From: Candidatus Eiseniibacteriota bacterium
GTDB lineage: Bacteria; Eisenbacteria; RBG-16-71-46
Reading direction: 5' to 3'
Assembly: GCA_963744995.1 (NCBI GenBank)
Contig: CAVUWA010000009.1
Span: 384,001 to 448,000 of the forward strand
Length of the DNA stretch: 64,000 bases
Shown: piece by piece, positions 50,824-60,917 of the stretch
How positions within the stretch are numbered: the first letter of the stretch is position 1
How the letters are laid out: each line of letters begins with the position of its first letter
Notes under the pieces: generated by a model
What the model was told of the DNA's origin: nothing
What the model saw: only the letters and a program-made list of their open reading frames with translations
Database searches by the model: none
Position numbers and translations under genes: made by a program

Positions 50824-51621
50824 CTATACTGCGGCGCTTCCGCGCATGCCCTGCGTGCCGGATGATTCGGCATCGCGGCGCGCGACGACTCCCCAGTGGC
50901 GGCCCGTACGGCCCGCGTCGCGACGATGCGAGAAATACCATTCCGGAGTGCAGGCGGTGCAGGCGGAAGCCTCGTAGAGGGCGGCCGCCGCGACGCCCGC
51001 ATCCATCAGCTGAACGCGAATCGCGGTGGGAAGATCCAGATGATGCCGGGAATTCACCAGAGTGACGGCGGCCGCCGGGAAGAGGCGCGCGACTTCCGCC
51101 CCGACCTCGTAGCAGCAGCCGCCGATGCACGGTCCCACGGCGACGCGCAGGGCGCCGGCGCTCATGCCGGCGCGGCGGGCGAGCGCCCCTGCGGCGAGCG
51201 CCGGCAGCCGCAGCGCGGCGCCGCGCCAGCCGGCGTGCACGGCCGCCACCCATTCCCCCGCGACGAACACGACCGGGGCGCAGTCGGCCGCGGTCACGGC
51301 CAGCGCGAGGCCGGGCGCACGGGTCATGAGGGCGTCGCACTCCGGGACGTGGCCGGGGCCGAAGACCTCGGCGATGCGGTCCCCGTGCACCTGGCCGGCG
51401 GTCGCGACCCGCGCGGGATCGAGGGTCAGCGCACGCAACAGGCGACCGCGGTTCTTCTGAACCAGGGCGGGATCGTCCTCGGTCGAACGGCCGAGATTCA
51501 AAGTGTCGAAAGGCGGGGGGCTCACGCCACCCCGGCGGGTCGAGAAGCCGTACACGGCGTCCGGATCCGGCGTTCGCGGCCGCCAGCAGGGAACGAGCGA
51601 TGCGTCATCGAGATGCAGCAT
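50824..51621 (-). CDS. pgeF: YfiH/PgeF family (purine nucleoside phosphorylase / peptidoglycan editing factor)
   Basis: TRRGGVS, LNLG, QVHG, ADC, HAGWRG, GPCI..CCYEV, CT.C...YFSHRR. Confidence 0.88.
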   Translation of the reverse strand: MLHLDDASLVPCWRPRTPDPDAVYGFSTRRGGVSPPPFDTLNLGRSTEDDPALVQKNRGRLLRALTLDPARVATAGQVHGDRIAEVFGPGHVPECDALMTRAPGLALAVTAADCAPVVFVAGEWVAAVHAGWRGAALRLPALAAGALARRAGMSAGALRVAVGPCIGGCCYEVGAEVARLFPAAAVTLVNSRHHLDLPTAIRVQLMDAGVAAAALYEASACTACTPEWYFSHRRDAGRTGRHWGVVARRDAESSGTQGMRGSAAV

Positions 51622-51630
51622 GGGACGCGG

Positions 51631-51660
51631 ACGCTAGGGATCGGGCCGGTCGCGCGTCAA
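51631..51660 (-). promoter_or_regulatory. Promoter candidate for a near-leaderless pgeF mRNA
   Basis: Minus strand TTGACG-N18-TAGCGT-N9-ATG, no SD. Confidence 0.6.
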
Positions 51661-51689
51661 GGTCATCCACGATGAGGAAGGAACACCGC

Positions 51690-54644
51690 ATGCAGAAGAC
51701 GAGGCGGCAGCTCGCCGCTGCCGGCGTGATGATGCTCGCGTGCGGGGTATGGAGTGCCGCGGCGCGCCCGACGTCCGCCGCCAGCTCCGATCCCACCGTC
51801 GCCCGCGTGGGCCGGCTGGACATCAGCCGCGCGGAACTCGAAGACCGCTTCAGCCAGGCGCGCGCCGCCTACCGGGGCCGCACCGGCCAGGCCCTGCCCG
51901 AGGCGGTGGTGCCCACGTTTCGCCGCACCGTGCTCGAGCAGCTCATCCGCGCGCGCCTGCTGATGCTCGAGGCCGAGAAGGAAGGGCGCCTGGTGTCGGA
52001 GGAGGACGCCGAGGCGGAACTCAGCAAGTCGCCGTTCTTCAGCGAGGACGGGCATTTCGTTCCATCGAAACTGGCCGCGGCGAAGCGCAACGATCCGAAG
52101 GCATTCGCGGCGGCGCTCGCGGACGCCCGCCTGCGGCTCTCCGGGGCGCGTCTGCAGGAGCGGATCGAACGGCGCTTCGCGCCCGACGAAGCGAAGCTGA
52201 GGGCTGCGATCATGCGCCAGCTCACCACCGCCTCGCTCGATGCGCTGGTGCTGTCCTACGACGACTACGACGGCCGCGGCGCGGAGCCCAGCGAGCGCGA
52301 CGTTCTCGACTACTACGCCGGACACAAGGCCGAGTTCGAGCGTCCCGCGCACGCGAAGATCACGGTGCTGTCGGTCGAACCCATCCCGGCCGACGACGAG
52401 GGCGCCGCCAGCCGTCAGGCGCGCGACGCCCACGTGCGCGAGCGCGCCGACAGTCTGCTCGCCGCTGCCCGCGACGGCACGCCGCTCGCGTCCCTGGCCG
52501 GAACGGCGCGGCTGCAGGAGGGACTCGACGTCAGCCGCGGCAACTTCCCCGGTCTGTGGCGCGGCGACGACCGCGCGCGCAACGCGGTCTTTTCGAGCCG
52601 TCCGGGCGAGCTGCTGCCGGTGCTCGTGCCGGGCCGCGACGGCTGGCTGATCGTGCGCGTGGACGAGGTCTCGCAGCGTGCGCCCGCACCGCTCGTCGAC
52701 GTCGCCCGCGACATCCGCGCCAGGTTGCGTGCCGCGCGTCGCTCCGGTTCGAGCGACGCGGAGCTGCGCCGCGACTACGACGACATGCGGGACGAGCTGG
52801 CCGGTCCGGCGGTACGGGTGCGCTACGCCCTCTTCGACAGCAGTCGGATCGAGGTGGCCAGACCCTCATCCACCGATCTGGATCGCTACTACCGCGGTCA
52901 TCTGGCCGACTACTCGAGCTTCGACGCCGCACGCGGCGCCATCCGGCAGAAGCCTTTCGAAGAGGTGCGCGAGGACGTGCAGGCGCGCTGGCTGCGCGAG
53001 CGCCGGATCGTCGAGGCCCGCGCCGCAGGCGAGCGCACGCTCGATGCGTGGCGGAGCGGACGTCGCGACCGGCGTACCGAGAAGCGTGCCGCGCTGCTGC
53101 GCGAGACCGGCCCGGTCGCGGTGGGGAGCCCCGTCGATACGCTGCGGTTCGGCGCGCTGCTCGGCGACACGGTCAGCGCCCGCGGCGCGCGCGAGGGAAC
53201 CGGCATGATCGCCGTGCCGGGCGGCGTGCTGGTGTTCCAGATGTTCGATCATCGCGACGGCTACGTGCCCCCGTTCGAGGCCGTGCGCCAGCGGGTCGAG
53301 GCTCGTCACGCCAGGCGACTCGCGGCGGAGGAGACGGAGGCCGCGCGGCGGATGTTCGAAGCGGACCCCATGGCGTTCGCGCACGACAGCACGGTGCATT
53401 TCTCGCGGCTCGTCGTCCCGCAGCCGCCGCCGATCGACGTGCCGCTCACCCGCGCCGAGGTCGAGCGCTACCACGCCGAGCACATCGACAGATACTCCGC
53501 GCCGGAGGTGGTCTCCCTGCGCCAGATCCTGGTCGTGCCCAGCGGACCGGGTCCGGGCCCGGATCAGGCGGCCCGTCTCAAGGCCGAGGGCCTGCTGCGC
53601 CGTGTCCGGGCAGGAGAGGACTTCAACGACCTCGCGCAGAAGTTCAGCGACGATCTCGCCACCCGCGAATCGGGCGGCGACCTCGGCACGTTCGGACGCG
53701 GTGTACTGGCGCCTGCGATCGAGAAGGTCGCGTTCGCGCTGCGCCCCGGCGACGTCAGCGATCTGGTCCATACTTCGCAGGGCTACCACATCCTCAAGTG
53801 CACCGGTTACGAACCCATGCAGGCGCGTCCGCTCGTGCAGGTGTACGCCAACGTGGGCTTCGAGGCGGCGATGGAGAAAGCCGTTCCGATCGCGCGTGCG
53901 CGGGCCGACAGCCTGATGCGGCACATCCACTCGCCGGAAGACGCCATCCGGATCGCTGCGTCGCAGAAGCTGGCCCTCTATCACAACACCAAGGCGATCG
54001 GTGAGGCCGCGGGGACGCCGGAGCTCGAGGCCTATTTCGACCGTCTCGACGAGCTGCGCCCCGGCCAGTTCTACCCGACGCCGGTCCATGTGCGCGGGCA
54101 GGGTTTCGCGATCACCTGGATCGACAGCATCACCCCCCCGCGCAAGCCGCGGTTCGAGGACGTCCGGTCGCAGGTGATCGCCGAATACCGCCGGGTGAAC
54201 GGCGCGCACGCGCTGGAAGCGAAGCGAAGGGAGCTCGAGCGCATGGCGGCAGCGGGGTGGTCGCTCGACAGCCTCGCGACCCTCTTCGGGGGCCTCACCC
54301 GGGTGGACGGCCTCCATGCCGGCGACGGTCTGCAGGGATTCGGCGGCGCCGCGCAGATCGACTCGCTCATCTTCGGCAACGACCAGGCGCCCGCGCTGCA
54401 GCCGGGCGAGACCTCGGGCTGGGTGGCCTGTGCGAGTGGTCTGGTGCGGGTGAGGCTGGTCGCGCGCCACGCGCCACCGCCCGGCGAGCTGGCCGCGCGG
54501 CTCGAACGCGACCGCCGCAAGGAACTCGAGCGCAGCCTCTACTACTACTACGAGGGCCTGAAGCGCGACTACAACGTGCAGATCCGGGACCCGGACCTGG
54601 CCGCGCTCGCGCTGCCGCCCCCGACCGGGGCCGATCTGAAGTAG
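51690..54644 (+). CDS. Large exported SurA/PpiD-like parvulin peptidyl-prolyl isomerase/chaperone
   Basis: Signal peptide; SurA-N pattern (VLEQLI..RLL..EA); parvulin GEDFNDLAQKFSDD..SGGDLG..SQGYHILK. Confidence 0.8.
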   Translation: MQKTRRQLAAAGVMMLACGVWSAAARPTSAASSDPTVARVGRLDISRAELEDRFSQARAAYRGRTGQALPEAVVPTFRRTVLEQLIRARLLMLEAEKEGRLVSEEDAEAELSKSPFFSEDGHFVPSKLAAAKRNDPKAFAAALADARLRLSGARLQERIERRFAPDEAKLRAAIMRQLTTASLDALVLSYDDYDGRGAEPSERDVLDYYAGHKAEFERPAHAKITVLSVEPIPADDEGAASRQARDAHVRERADSLLAAARDGTPLASLAGTARLQEGLDVSRGNFPGLWRGDDRARNAVFSSRPGELLPVLVPGRDGWLIVRVDEVSQRAPAPLVDVARDIRARLRAARRSGSSDAELRRDYDDMRDELAGPAVRVRYALFDSSRIEVARPSSTDLDRYYRGHLADYSSFDAARGAIRQKPFEEVREDVQARWLRERRIVEARAAGERTLDAWRSGRRDRRTEKRAALLRETGPVAVGSPVDTLRFGALLGDTVSARGAREGTGMIAVPGGVLVFQMFDHRDGYVPPFEAVRQRVEARHARRLAAEETEAARRMFEADPMAFAHDSTVHFSRLVVPQPPPIDVPLTRAEVERYHAEHIDRYSAPEVVSLRQILVVPSGPGPGPDQAARLKAEGLLRRVRAGEDFNDLAQKFSDDLATRESGGDLGTFGRGVLAPAIEKVAFALRPGDVSDLVHTSQGYHILKCTGYEPMQARPLVQVYANVGFEAAMEKAVPIARARADSLMRHIHSPEDAIRIAASQKLALYHNTKAIGEAAGTPELEAYFDRLDELRPGQFYPTPVHVRGQGFAITWIDSITPPRKPRFEDVRSQVIAEYRRVNGAHALEAKRRELERMAAAGWSLDSLATLFGGLTRVDGLHAGDGLQGFGGAAQIDSLIFGNDQAPALQPGETSGWVACASGLVRVRLVARHAPPPGELAARLERDRRKELERSLYYYYEGLKRDYNVQIRDPDLAALALPPPTGADLK

Positions 54645-54818
54645 GGTCGCACCGCGCAGCGTCGTCGCGTTCCGCACGGGGCCTCCCGGACCCCGTTGCG
54701 TTTCGCCCGCCCGGGCGGGCGGCGGCCGGAGCGCGTTCTGCGCATCCGGCCCGCGGATGGCGTCGGCAGGCGATGGTATGGTCCGTGCAAGCCGGGTGAG
54801 TACATTCACCCAACTCCC

Positions 54819-56156
54819 ATGGCCACACACTCCTCGACCCTGACGGACGACGCGCGCAGGCGCAGGCTGGTTCTGATCGACTTCGATTGGGCCGATGCCG
54901 ACCTGCTGCCCGAACTCCTGGCTCAGCCCGACGTGTCGGTGCGGCTCGTCGCAGGCGAGCGCAACGACGACGCCGGACTGCGCGTCGCCGAGTTGTGCGG
55001 TCTGCCGCGCACGATGGACCTCGCCGATCTGACCCGCGAGATCTTCGACCTCGCCCTGGTCGGCGAGCGCAGCGTGCGCCGCACCCAGATCGAAGGTCTG
55101 CTGCAGGCGCTCGGCACCCCGTGCGCGTCTCCGCAGTCGTACCTGCAGGGCAGCCCCGACGGCCAGCAGTGCGGTCCCGCCATCGAGGCGCCGCTGGCGA
55201 TGCACGCGGCTGCCTTCGAGGATGCGCTGGGCGGCGACGAATTCGACGCCATCATGGAGCACACGCTGCCCGACATGGGGGAGGCGGCGCCGACGGTTCC
55301 GCAGCCCGTTCGGCCCGCGGCCAAGCCGGGTGTCGTGGTCGGCACGCTCGAGGACTTCCCGTCCCCGGACGACCGCATGCGCCTGCGCGACGCGCTCGCC
55401 GGCATGGCGCAATCGACCGGCGCCGAACACGCGGAGCTGCACGCCGGCAGGGGCGGCGACCTCGAGCTTCTCGCGAGGGTCGGGCTGGAGGATCCGTTGC
55501 TGCGCGGCCTGGTGGAGAAGGCGCTGAGCTCGAACATGGCGCAGGTGGTGAGCCAGCTGTCCGGGCCCGAGCAGGGCAAGGCATGGGGCGCGTGGCCGTT
55601 CCAGACCACCAACCGCAACGGCGTCGTCGCCGCAGCCGGCATCAACCCCGGCGAGGGCTGGACCGAATGGGAGCGGCTGGTCGGCGAAATCCGCACGACG
55701 TGGGATCAGCAGGATCGCGATCTCGCGAGCCCCGCGTTCCCCATGGTTCCGGACCGGGTCGCGGGCTGGCTCGAAGTGGACGCGTTCATGACGCGGCTGA
55801 ATCTCGCCGTCGAACGCAACGGTCGTGACGGGTTGCACTTCTCGGTGCACCGCCTGGAATTCTCCGACGCTCCGCATTGCGTCGAAGATCTCTGTCAGAA
55901 GCTCCCGCAGCAGCTGCGCGACACCGATTGCATCTGCCATCCGGCGCCGCGGATCGTTCTGCTGCTGACTGCAGGCGCTCATGCGTCCTTCCCGCACGTC
56001 CGGCGCAGGTTGCTGGCCCTGTGGGAACAGGCGTGGCACGACGGCCGCCAGCCGTCGCCCGCGCCGCCGATCACGGGCGAGCGCGTCGACCTGACCGGAC
56101 CGGAAGACGCCGCGGCGTTCGTTTCGACCGTGGGGCGCTGGCTCGACCGGACCTGA
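54819..56156 (+). CDS. Hypothetical signalling protein: Rossmann-like N-terminus, GAF-like middle, degenerate GGDEF-like C-terminus
   Basis: C-terminal FMTRLNLAVER..R....FSV..L...LRDTD pattern lacking GGDEF. Confidence 0.6.
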   Translation: MATHSSTLTDDARRRRLVLIDFDWADADLLPELLAQPDVSVRLVAGERNDDAGLRVAELCGLPRTMDLADLTREIFDLALVGERSVRRTQIEGLLQALGTPCASPQSYLQGSPDGQQCGPAIEAPLAMHAAAFEDALGGDEFDAIMEHTLPDMGEAAPTVPQPVRPAAKPGVVVGTLEDFPSPDDRMRLRDALAGMAQSTGAEHAELHAGRGGDLELLARVGLEDPLLRGLVEKALSSNMAQVVSQLSGPEQGKAWGAWPFQTTNRNGVVAAAGINPGEGWTEWERLVGEIRTTWDQQDRDLASPAFPMVPDRVAGWLEVDAFMTRLNLAVERNGRDGLHFSVHRLEFSDAPHCVEDLCQKLPQQLRDTDCICHPAPRIVLLLTAGAHASFPHVRRRLLALWEQAWHDGRQPSPAPPITGERVDLTGPEDAAAFVSTVGRWLDRT

Positions 56157-56207
56157 ACGACCGCCTGTTGCGCGGGCCCGGGGGGCGTGGCATGGTAATC
56201 GCCCTCC

Positions 56208-57977
56208 ATGAACGTCACCGCGCACCGCTCCATCCGCCGCCTCGAGCCCGACACCGCCTCGCGCATCGCCGCGGGTGAGGTGATCGAACGGCCCCTCTCG
56301 GCGCTCAAGGAACTGATCGAGAACGCGCTGGATGCCGGCGCGCGCGCGATCGAGGTGCGTGCCGGTCGCTCGCTCGACGAGGTGTTCCAGGTCGCCGATG
56401 ACGGCACGGGAATCGCCGCCGCCGAGATCGAGCTCGCGCTCGAACGGCACGCGACCAGCAAGATCGCAGCGCTCGAGGACCTGCACCGGCTGACGACGCT
56501 CGGATTCCGCGGCGAGGCGCTGCCGAGCATTGCCGCGGTCAGCCGGATGAAGATCACGACGCGGACCCGCGACGCGGAAGCCGCGACCGAGGTCGAGGTC
56601 GAGGCGGGAAAGGTGACGCGGCGCGGCCAGGCCGCCCGCGCGCCCGGCACCACCATCGTGGTGCGCGACCTGTTCCACAACCTGCCCGCGCGCCGCAAGT
56701 TCCTGAACTCGCCGGCCGGCGAGCTGCGCGCCGCGCTGCGGCTGATGGAGGCGATGGCGCTCGCCTACCCGGAAACGGCGTTCCGCATGGTGGTCGACGG
56801 CCGCCAGCGCTTCGACTGGCCGGCGGTGGCGACGCGCCGTGAGCGCGCCGCGGCGCTCTGGGGCGCGCGCCATGCGGAGCAGTGGATCGAGGCGGTGGGC
56901 GAGCGCGAGGGCCTGGTGGTCGAAGGCCTGCTGGGCCTGCCCGAGCACGCCCGCTCGACGCGGGAGGGACAGATCTTCCTCATCAACCGCCGCTGGGTGC
57001 AGGCACCGATGCTGGCCTCGGCGCTGCGCCAGGCCTACGGCGATCTGCTCCCCGGGGGCCGTTTCCCTGCCGCGGTGATCTGGCTGTCGGTGCCGCCCGA
57101 ACGGCTCGACGTGAACGTGCACCCCACCAAGCGCGAGGTTCGCTTCGCACAGGAAGACCCGGTGTTCTCGCTGGTCAGCGCCGCCTGCGCCGCCCCGCTC
57201 GCCGGACTCCATCCGCCGTTCACGGTGGTGCGCGGCGGTGGGCCCGAACCGCGCTGGGCGGACCGGGTCCGCGAGCAGCCGCAGCGGGGCGGGCAGATGG
57301 GGCTCGAGCGCCTGTTCGAACGCGACCCAGCGGACCCGGCGGCGGACCCCGTGCCCCCGGTGGCGGCTCCGGTGCCGCCGGCCACGGCGACCCGGGCGGC
57401 GGAGACCGATGCGGAGTTCTGGCAACTGCACCGCACCTATATTCTCGCGCCGGTGCGCGGCGGACTGATCATCGTGGACCAGCATGCCGCGCACGAGCGG
57501 ATCCTCTACGAGGAGGCGCTGGCGCGCATGGCCGGCGGCCGCGGCAGCTCGCAGCAATTGCTGTTCCCGGCGCTCGTCGACCTCTCACGCGATCAGTTCG
57601 AGCTGCTGCTCGAGCTCGGACCGTGGCTCGGGCAGCTGGGCTGGGACCTTTCGCCGCTCGGGCCGCCGACGGTGGTGATCCAGGGCATTCCCGCGGGGCT
57701 GCGCCACGAGCAGCCCGGACAACTGCTGCAGGACCTCCTCGACGGCCTGGGCGAGGACTCGGGGCGCAGCGCCGACGAGGACATCGCCGAACGTCTGGCG
57801 CGCTCCTACGCGTGCCACGCGGCGACCCGTGCGGGGGACCGGCTCAGCCAGCTGGAGATGCGGACGCTCGTCGACCGTCTGTTCGCGACCAGCAAGCCGC
57901 ACGGCGATCCGCACGGCCGCGCCACGTTCGTCCGCCTCGACCTCGAGGATCTGCACCGGCGCTTCGGCCGGAGCTGA
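56208..57977 (+). CDS. mutL: DNA mismatch repair endonuclease MutL
   Basis: IAAGEVIERP, KELIENALDAGA, GFRGEAL, DVNVHPTK, DQHAAHERILYE, ACH, PHGR. Confidence 0.96.
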   Translation: MNVTAHRSIRRLEPDTASRIAAGEVIERPLSALKELIENALDAGARAIEVRAGRSLDEVFQVADDGTGIAAAEIELALERHATSKIAALEDLHRLTTLGFRGEALPSIAAVSRMKITTRTRDAEAATEVEVEAGKVTRRGQAARAPGTTIVVRDLFHNLPARRKFLNSPAGELRAALRLMEAMALAYPETAFRMVVDGRQRFDWPAVATRRERAAALWGARHAEQWIEAVGEREGLVVEGLLGLPEHARSTREGQIFLINRRWVQAPMLASALRQAYGDLLPGGRFPAAVIWLSVPPERLDVNVHPTKREVRFAQEDPVFSLVSAACAAPLAGLHPPFTVVRGGGPEPRWADRVREQPQRGGQMGLERLFERDPADPAADPVPPVAAPVPPATATRAAETDAEFWQLHRTYILAPVRGGLIIVDQHAAHERILYEEALARMAGGRGSSQQLLFPALVDLSRDQFELLLELGPWLGQLGWDLSPLGPPTVVIQGIPAGLRHEQPGQLLQDLLDGLGEDSGRSADEDIAERLARSYACHAATRAGDRLSQLEMRTLVDRLFATSKPHGDPHGRATFVRLDLEDLHRRFGRS

Positions 57978-57981
57978 GCCC

Positions 57982-58929
57982 GTGAGCGCGCCGCGCGCCG
58001 GGGAAGGGACGGCGCCCGTGGGTCCCCGGATCGTCGCCATCGTCGGCGAAACCGCCACGGGAAAGACCGATGTCGGCGAAGCGGTGGCCGACGCGCTGGG
58101 CGGCGATGTGGTGTGCGCCGATTCGCGTCAGGTATTCGCGGAACTTGACGTCGGCACCGGCAAGCCGGACCGCTTCGCCCGCGCCGCGCGTGCACATCAT
58201 CTGTTCGACGCACTGCACGTGGGTGAATCCGCGAGCGCGGGCTGGTACCTGGAGGCGGTGCGCGCCACGTGCGCGGCGATTCACGCCCGCGGGCGGACGC
58301 CGGTGCTGGTCGGCGGCTCGGGGCTGTATCTGGAGGCGGCACGTTCCGGCATCGCCGCGGCGCCGCCTTCGGATCCGGTGCGGCGCGCGGCACTCGCCGA
58401 GGCGGCCGCGCGCGCAGGCCCGGAGGCACTGCACGCGCGGCTCGCGCGCGGCGATCCGGAGACCGCGGCGCGGCTCGCACCGCGCGACGCGCAGCGCATC
58501 GTGCGCGCGCTCGAGGTACTGGAGGCGAGCGGGCGCCCGCTGTCCTGGTGGCATCGCCAGCCGCATGCCGCGCCGGTCGCCGGCGACTGGCGGATCTTCC
58601 AGGTGAGCGGCCCGCTCGAATGGCTGCGTGCCCGCATCGAACGGCGCACGGCGTGGATGTTCGCGAGCGGACTCATCGAGGAAACCCGCGCGCTGCTCGC
58701 TTCCGAACGCGGGCCGGCGCTGCGCCAGCTGCGCGCCATCGGCTACGACGAAGCCATCCTGCTCCTCGAGGGCCACCTCGATCGCACCGCCGCGGAGGCG
58801 CGCACCACCCTGCGCACGATCCAGTTCGCGAAGCGCCAGCGGACCTGGTTCAGACATCGGGGGCACGCGCGGGCGATCGCGCCGGAGGGTGCCGTTGCCG
58901 CCATCCGACAGATGTTGCGCTTCCCCTGA
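57982..58929 (+). CDS. miaA: tRNA dimethylallyltransferase
   Basis: GETATGKT, ADSRQVF, VGGSGLY, RALEV, AIGY, AKRQRTWF; follows mutL. Confidence 0.94.
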   Translation: MSAPRAGEGTAPVGPRIVAIVGETATGKTDVGEAVADALGGDVVCADSRQVFAELDVGTGKPDRFARAARAHHLFDALHVGESASAGWYLEAVRATCAAIHARGRTPVLVGGSGLYLEAARSGIAAAPPSDPVRRAALAEAAARAGPEALHARLARGDPETAARLAPRDAQRIVRALEVLEASGRPLSWWHRQPHAAPVAGDWRIFQVSGPLEWLRARIERRTAWMFASGLIEETRALLASERGPALRQLRAIGYDEAILLLEGHLDRTAAEARTTLRTIQFAKRQRTWFRHRGHARAIAPEGAVAAIRQMLRFP

Positions 58930-59057
58930 AGCGGCCACGTGCGGGCGCCGGCGCGGCCGCGGCGTGGCGCCTTTCATTTGCGTGCGGCGAGCGGTAGCAT
59001 GCGGGCGGTGCCGCCCGCCATGGCGGCGAACGCCGCACCGCGGCAGGAGGATCGCGC

Positions 59058-59402
59058 ATGGCCAGAGTCACAAGAAAGGACGAGGGGGACGTCACCGTGC
59101 TCACCCTGAAGGGCAGCTTCTTCGGGGACACGGAAACCGACGAGCTCATGCAGGCATTCAACGACCTGGTGGCGAAGGACAACCGCAAGGTCGTTCTGGA
59201 CTTCTCGGGCTGCGAGGCCATGAACTCGCTGGCGATCTCGGTGCTCATGCGCGCCCACGCGAACTACGCGAAGCGCTCCGGTGAGATCAAGGTCTGCGGG
59301 CTCGACAAGCGGATCAAGTCGACCTTCGTGATGACCAAACTGATCCTGGTCTTCGACCACCACGACACCGTCGCGCAGGCCATGGCCGCGTTCGCCGGCT
59401 GA
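59058..59402 (+). CDS. STAS domain anti-sigma factor antagonist
   Basis: SD AGGAGG; VVLDFS.C..MNS.AIS.L pattern; 114 aa. Confidence 0.87.
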   Translation: MARVTRKDEGDVTVLTLKGSFFGDTETDELMQAFNDLVAKDNRKVVLDFSGCEAMNSLAISVLMRAHANYAKRSGEIKVCGLDKRIKSTFVMTKLILVFDHHDTVAQAMAAFAG

Positions 59403-59417
59403 GCGCCGCACGGTCGA

Positions 59418-59446
59418 TTGACACCCCTCGGGCGGGGCCCTAGCTT
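59418..59446 (+). promoter_or_regulatory. Sigma70 promoter for tRNA-Gly/der operon
   Basis: TTGACA-N17-TAGCTT. Confidence 0.72.
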
Positions 59447-59476
59447 AGAACGTCCTTGCCTTTCGGGCCGCTCCGG

Positions 59477-59552
59477 GCGGGCATAGCTCAGTTGGTAGAG
59501 CGCGAGCTTCCCAAGCTTGAGGTCGCGGGTTCGAACCCCGTTGCCCGCTCCA
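59477..59552 (+). tRNA. tRNA-Gly (anticodon CCC)
   Basis: Acceptor GCGGGCA/TGCCCGC, D arm TAGCTCAGTTGGTAGAGC, loop TTCCCAA, GGTTCGAACC, encoded CCA; 76 nt. Confidence 0.97.
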
Positions 59553-59606
59553 TGCTTCCTTCGGCGGCGCGCCGGACGCTCCCGGCGCGCCGCACTTTTC
59601 GAGACC

Positions 59607-60917
59607 ATGCCGATCCCCGTCGTCGTCATCATCGGTCGTCCCAACGTGGGCAAGTCCACGTTCTTCAACCGCGTGCTCGGCGAGCGCCGCGCGGTGGTGG
59701 ACGACCGCCCCGGCATTACCCGCGATCGCAACGCGGTCCGCGCCGAGTGGACCGGACGCTCGTTCCTGCTGGTGGATACGGGCGGCTTCCTGCCCGCCGC
59801 CGCGGAGGGCCGCGACGCCGAGGTCCGCAAGCAGGCCGAAATGGCGATCGGACTGGCCCACGTGGTCGTGTTCATGGTGGACGCACACACCGGGGCCACC
59901 GACCTCGACGCGGCGATCGCTCAGAACCTGCGCCGCCGTGACCGCCCGGCGCTGCTCGTGGTGAACAAAGTCGATAAGCCCCTCGATCCGATCGTGCACG
60001 ACTTCCACCGCTTCGGGATCGGCGAGCCGATTCCGATCAGTGCCGAGGGCGGAACCGGCATCGGCGATCTGCTCGACCGGATCGTGGCGCTGCTGCCGGC
60101 GGATGACGGGGGAGCGGAGGCGCCCGCCACGCGGATCGCGATCGTCGGCCGCCCGAACGTCGGCAAGTCGTCGCTCACCAACGCGCTGCTCGGCGAGGAC
60201 CGGATGATCGTCGAGGCCAGCCCGGGCACCACGCTCGATCCGATCGATACGGCGTGGAAGACGCCGGTCGGCGAATTCGTGCTCGTCGACACGGCCGGCA
60301 TCCGCAGGCAGGCGCACTTTCGCGAGCAGTCGGAGTTCTACGCGATCATGCGGGCGCTCGGCGCACTGCAGCGCGCGGACATCGCCTGCCTGGTCGTGGA
60401 CAGCGTCGAAGGGTTCCATCGCCAGGAGGCGCGTCTCGCACACCATGCGCTCGAGGCCGGCTGTTCCGTGCAGCTCGTCTACAACAAGTGGGATCTGATC
60501 GAGGACCGCGAGCTGGCATGGAAGGCGGCGCTCAAAGAGCGTGCGAGCCGCTATCCGACGCTCGCCGATCTGCCGGCGATCCCGGTCTCCGCGACCGGCG
60601 GTCAGCATCTGCACCGGCTGCCGAAAGTGCTGTTCGATCGCGTCGCCGAACACCGCCGCACGATTTCGACCCGCGACCTCAACGCATGGCTCGAAGAGGT
60701 GCAGCAGAAGCGACAGGTGCCCAGCAACCGCGTCGGCAAGTCGCCGAAGATCTACTACCTCACCCAGACCGGAACCGGTCCACCTGCGTTCACCCTGTTC
60801 GTGAATGCGCCGTCGCGGCTGAGCGAGAACTATCGCAGGTTTCTCTGGCTTCAGTTCACGAAGCACTTTAAGTTCGCCGGAACTCCGGTGCGTCTGCGCG
60901 TGAGGAAGAGCGAATGA
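59607..60917 (+). CDS. der: Ribosome biogenesis GTPase Der (EngA)
   Basis: Two GRPNVGKS P-loops, DTGG/DTAG, NKVD/NKWD, C-terminal KH-like domain. Confidence 0.96.
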   Translation: MPIPVVVIIGRPNVGKSTFFNRVLGERRAVVDDRPGITRDRNAVRAEWTGRSFLLVDTGGFLPAAAEGRDAEVRKQAEMAIGLAHVVVFMVDAHTGATDLDAAIAQNLRRRDRPALLVVNKVDKPLDPIVHDFHRFGIGEPIPISAEGGTGIGDLLDRIVALLPADDGGAEAPATRIAIVGRPNVGKSSLTNALLGEDRMIVEASPGTTLDPIDTAWKTPVGEFVLVDTAGIRRQAHFREQSEFYAIMRALGALQRADIACLVVDSVEGFHRQEARLAHHALEAGCSVQLVYNKWDLIEDRELAWKAALKERASRYPTLADLPAIPVSATGGQHLHRLPKVLFDRVAEHRRTISTRDLNAWLEEVQQKRQVPSNRVGKSPKIYYLTQTGTGPPAFTLFVNAPSRLSENYRRFLWLQFTKHFKFAGTPVRLRVRKSE

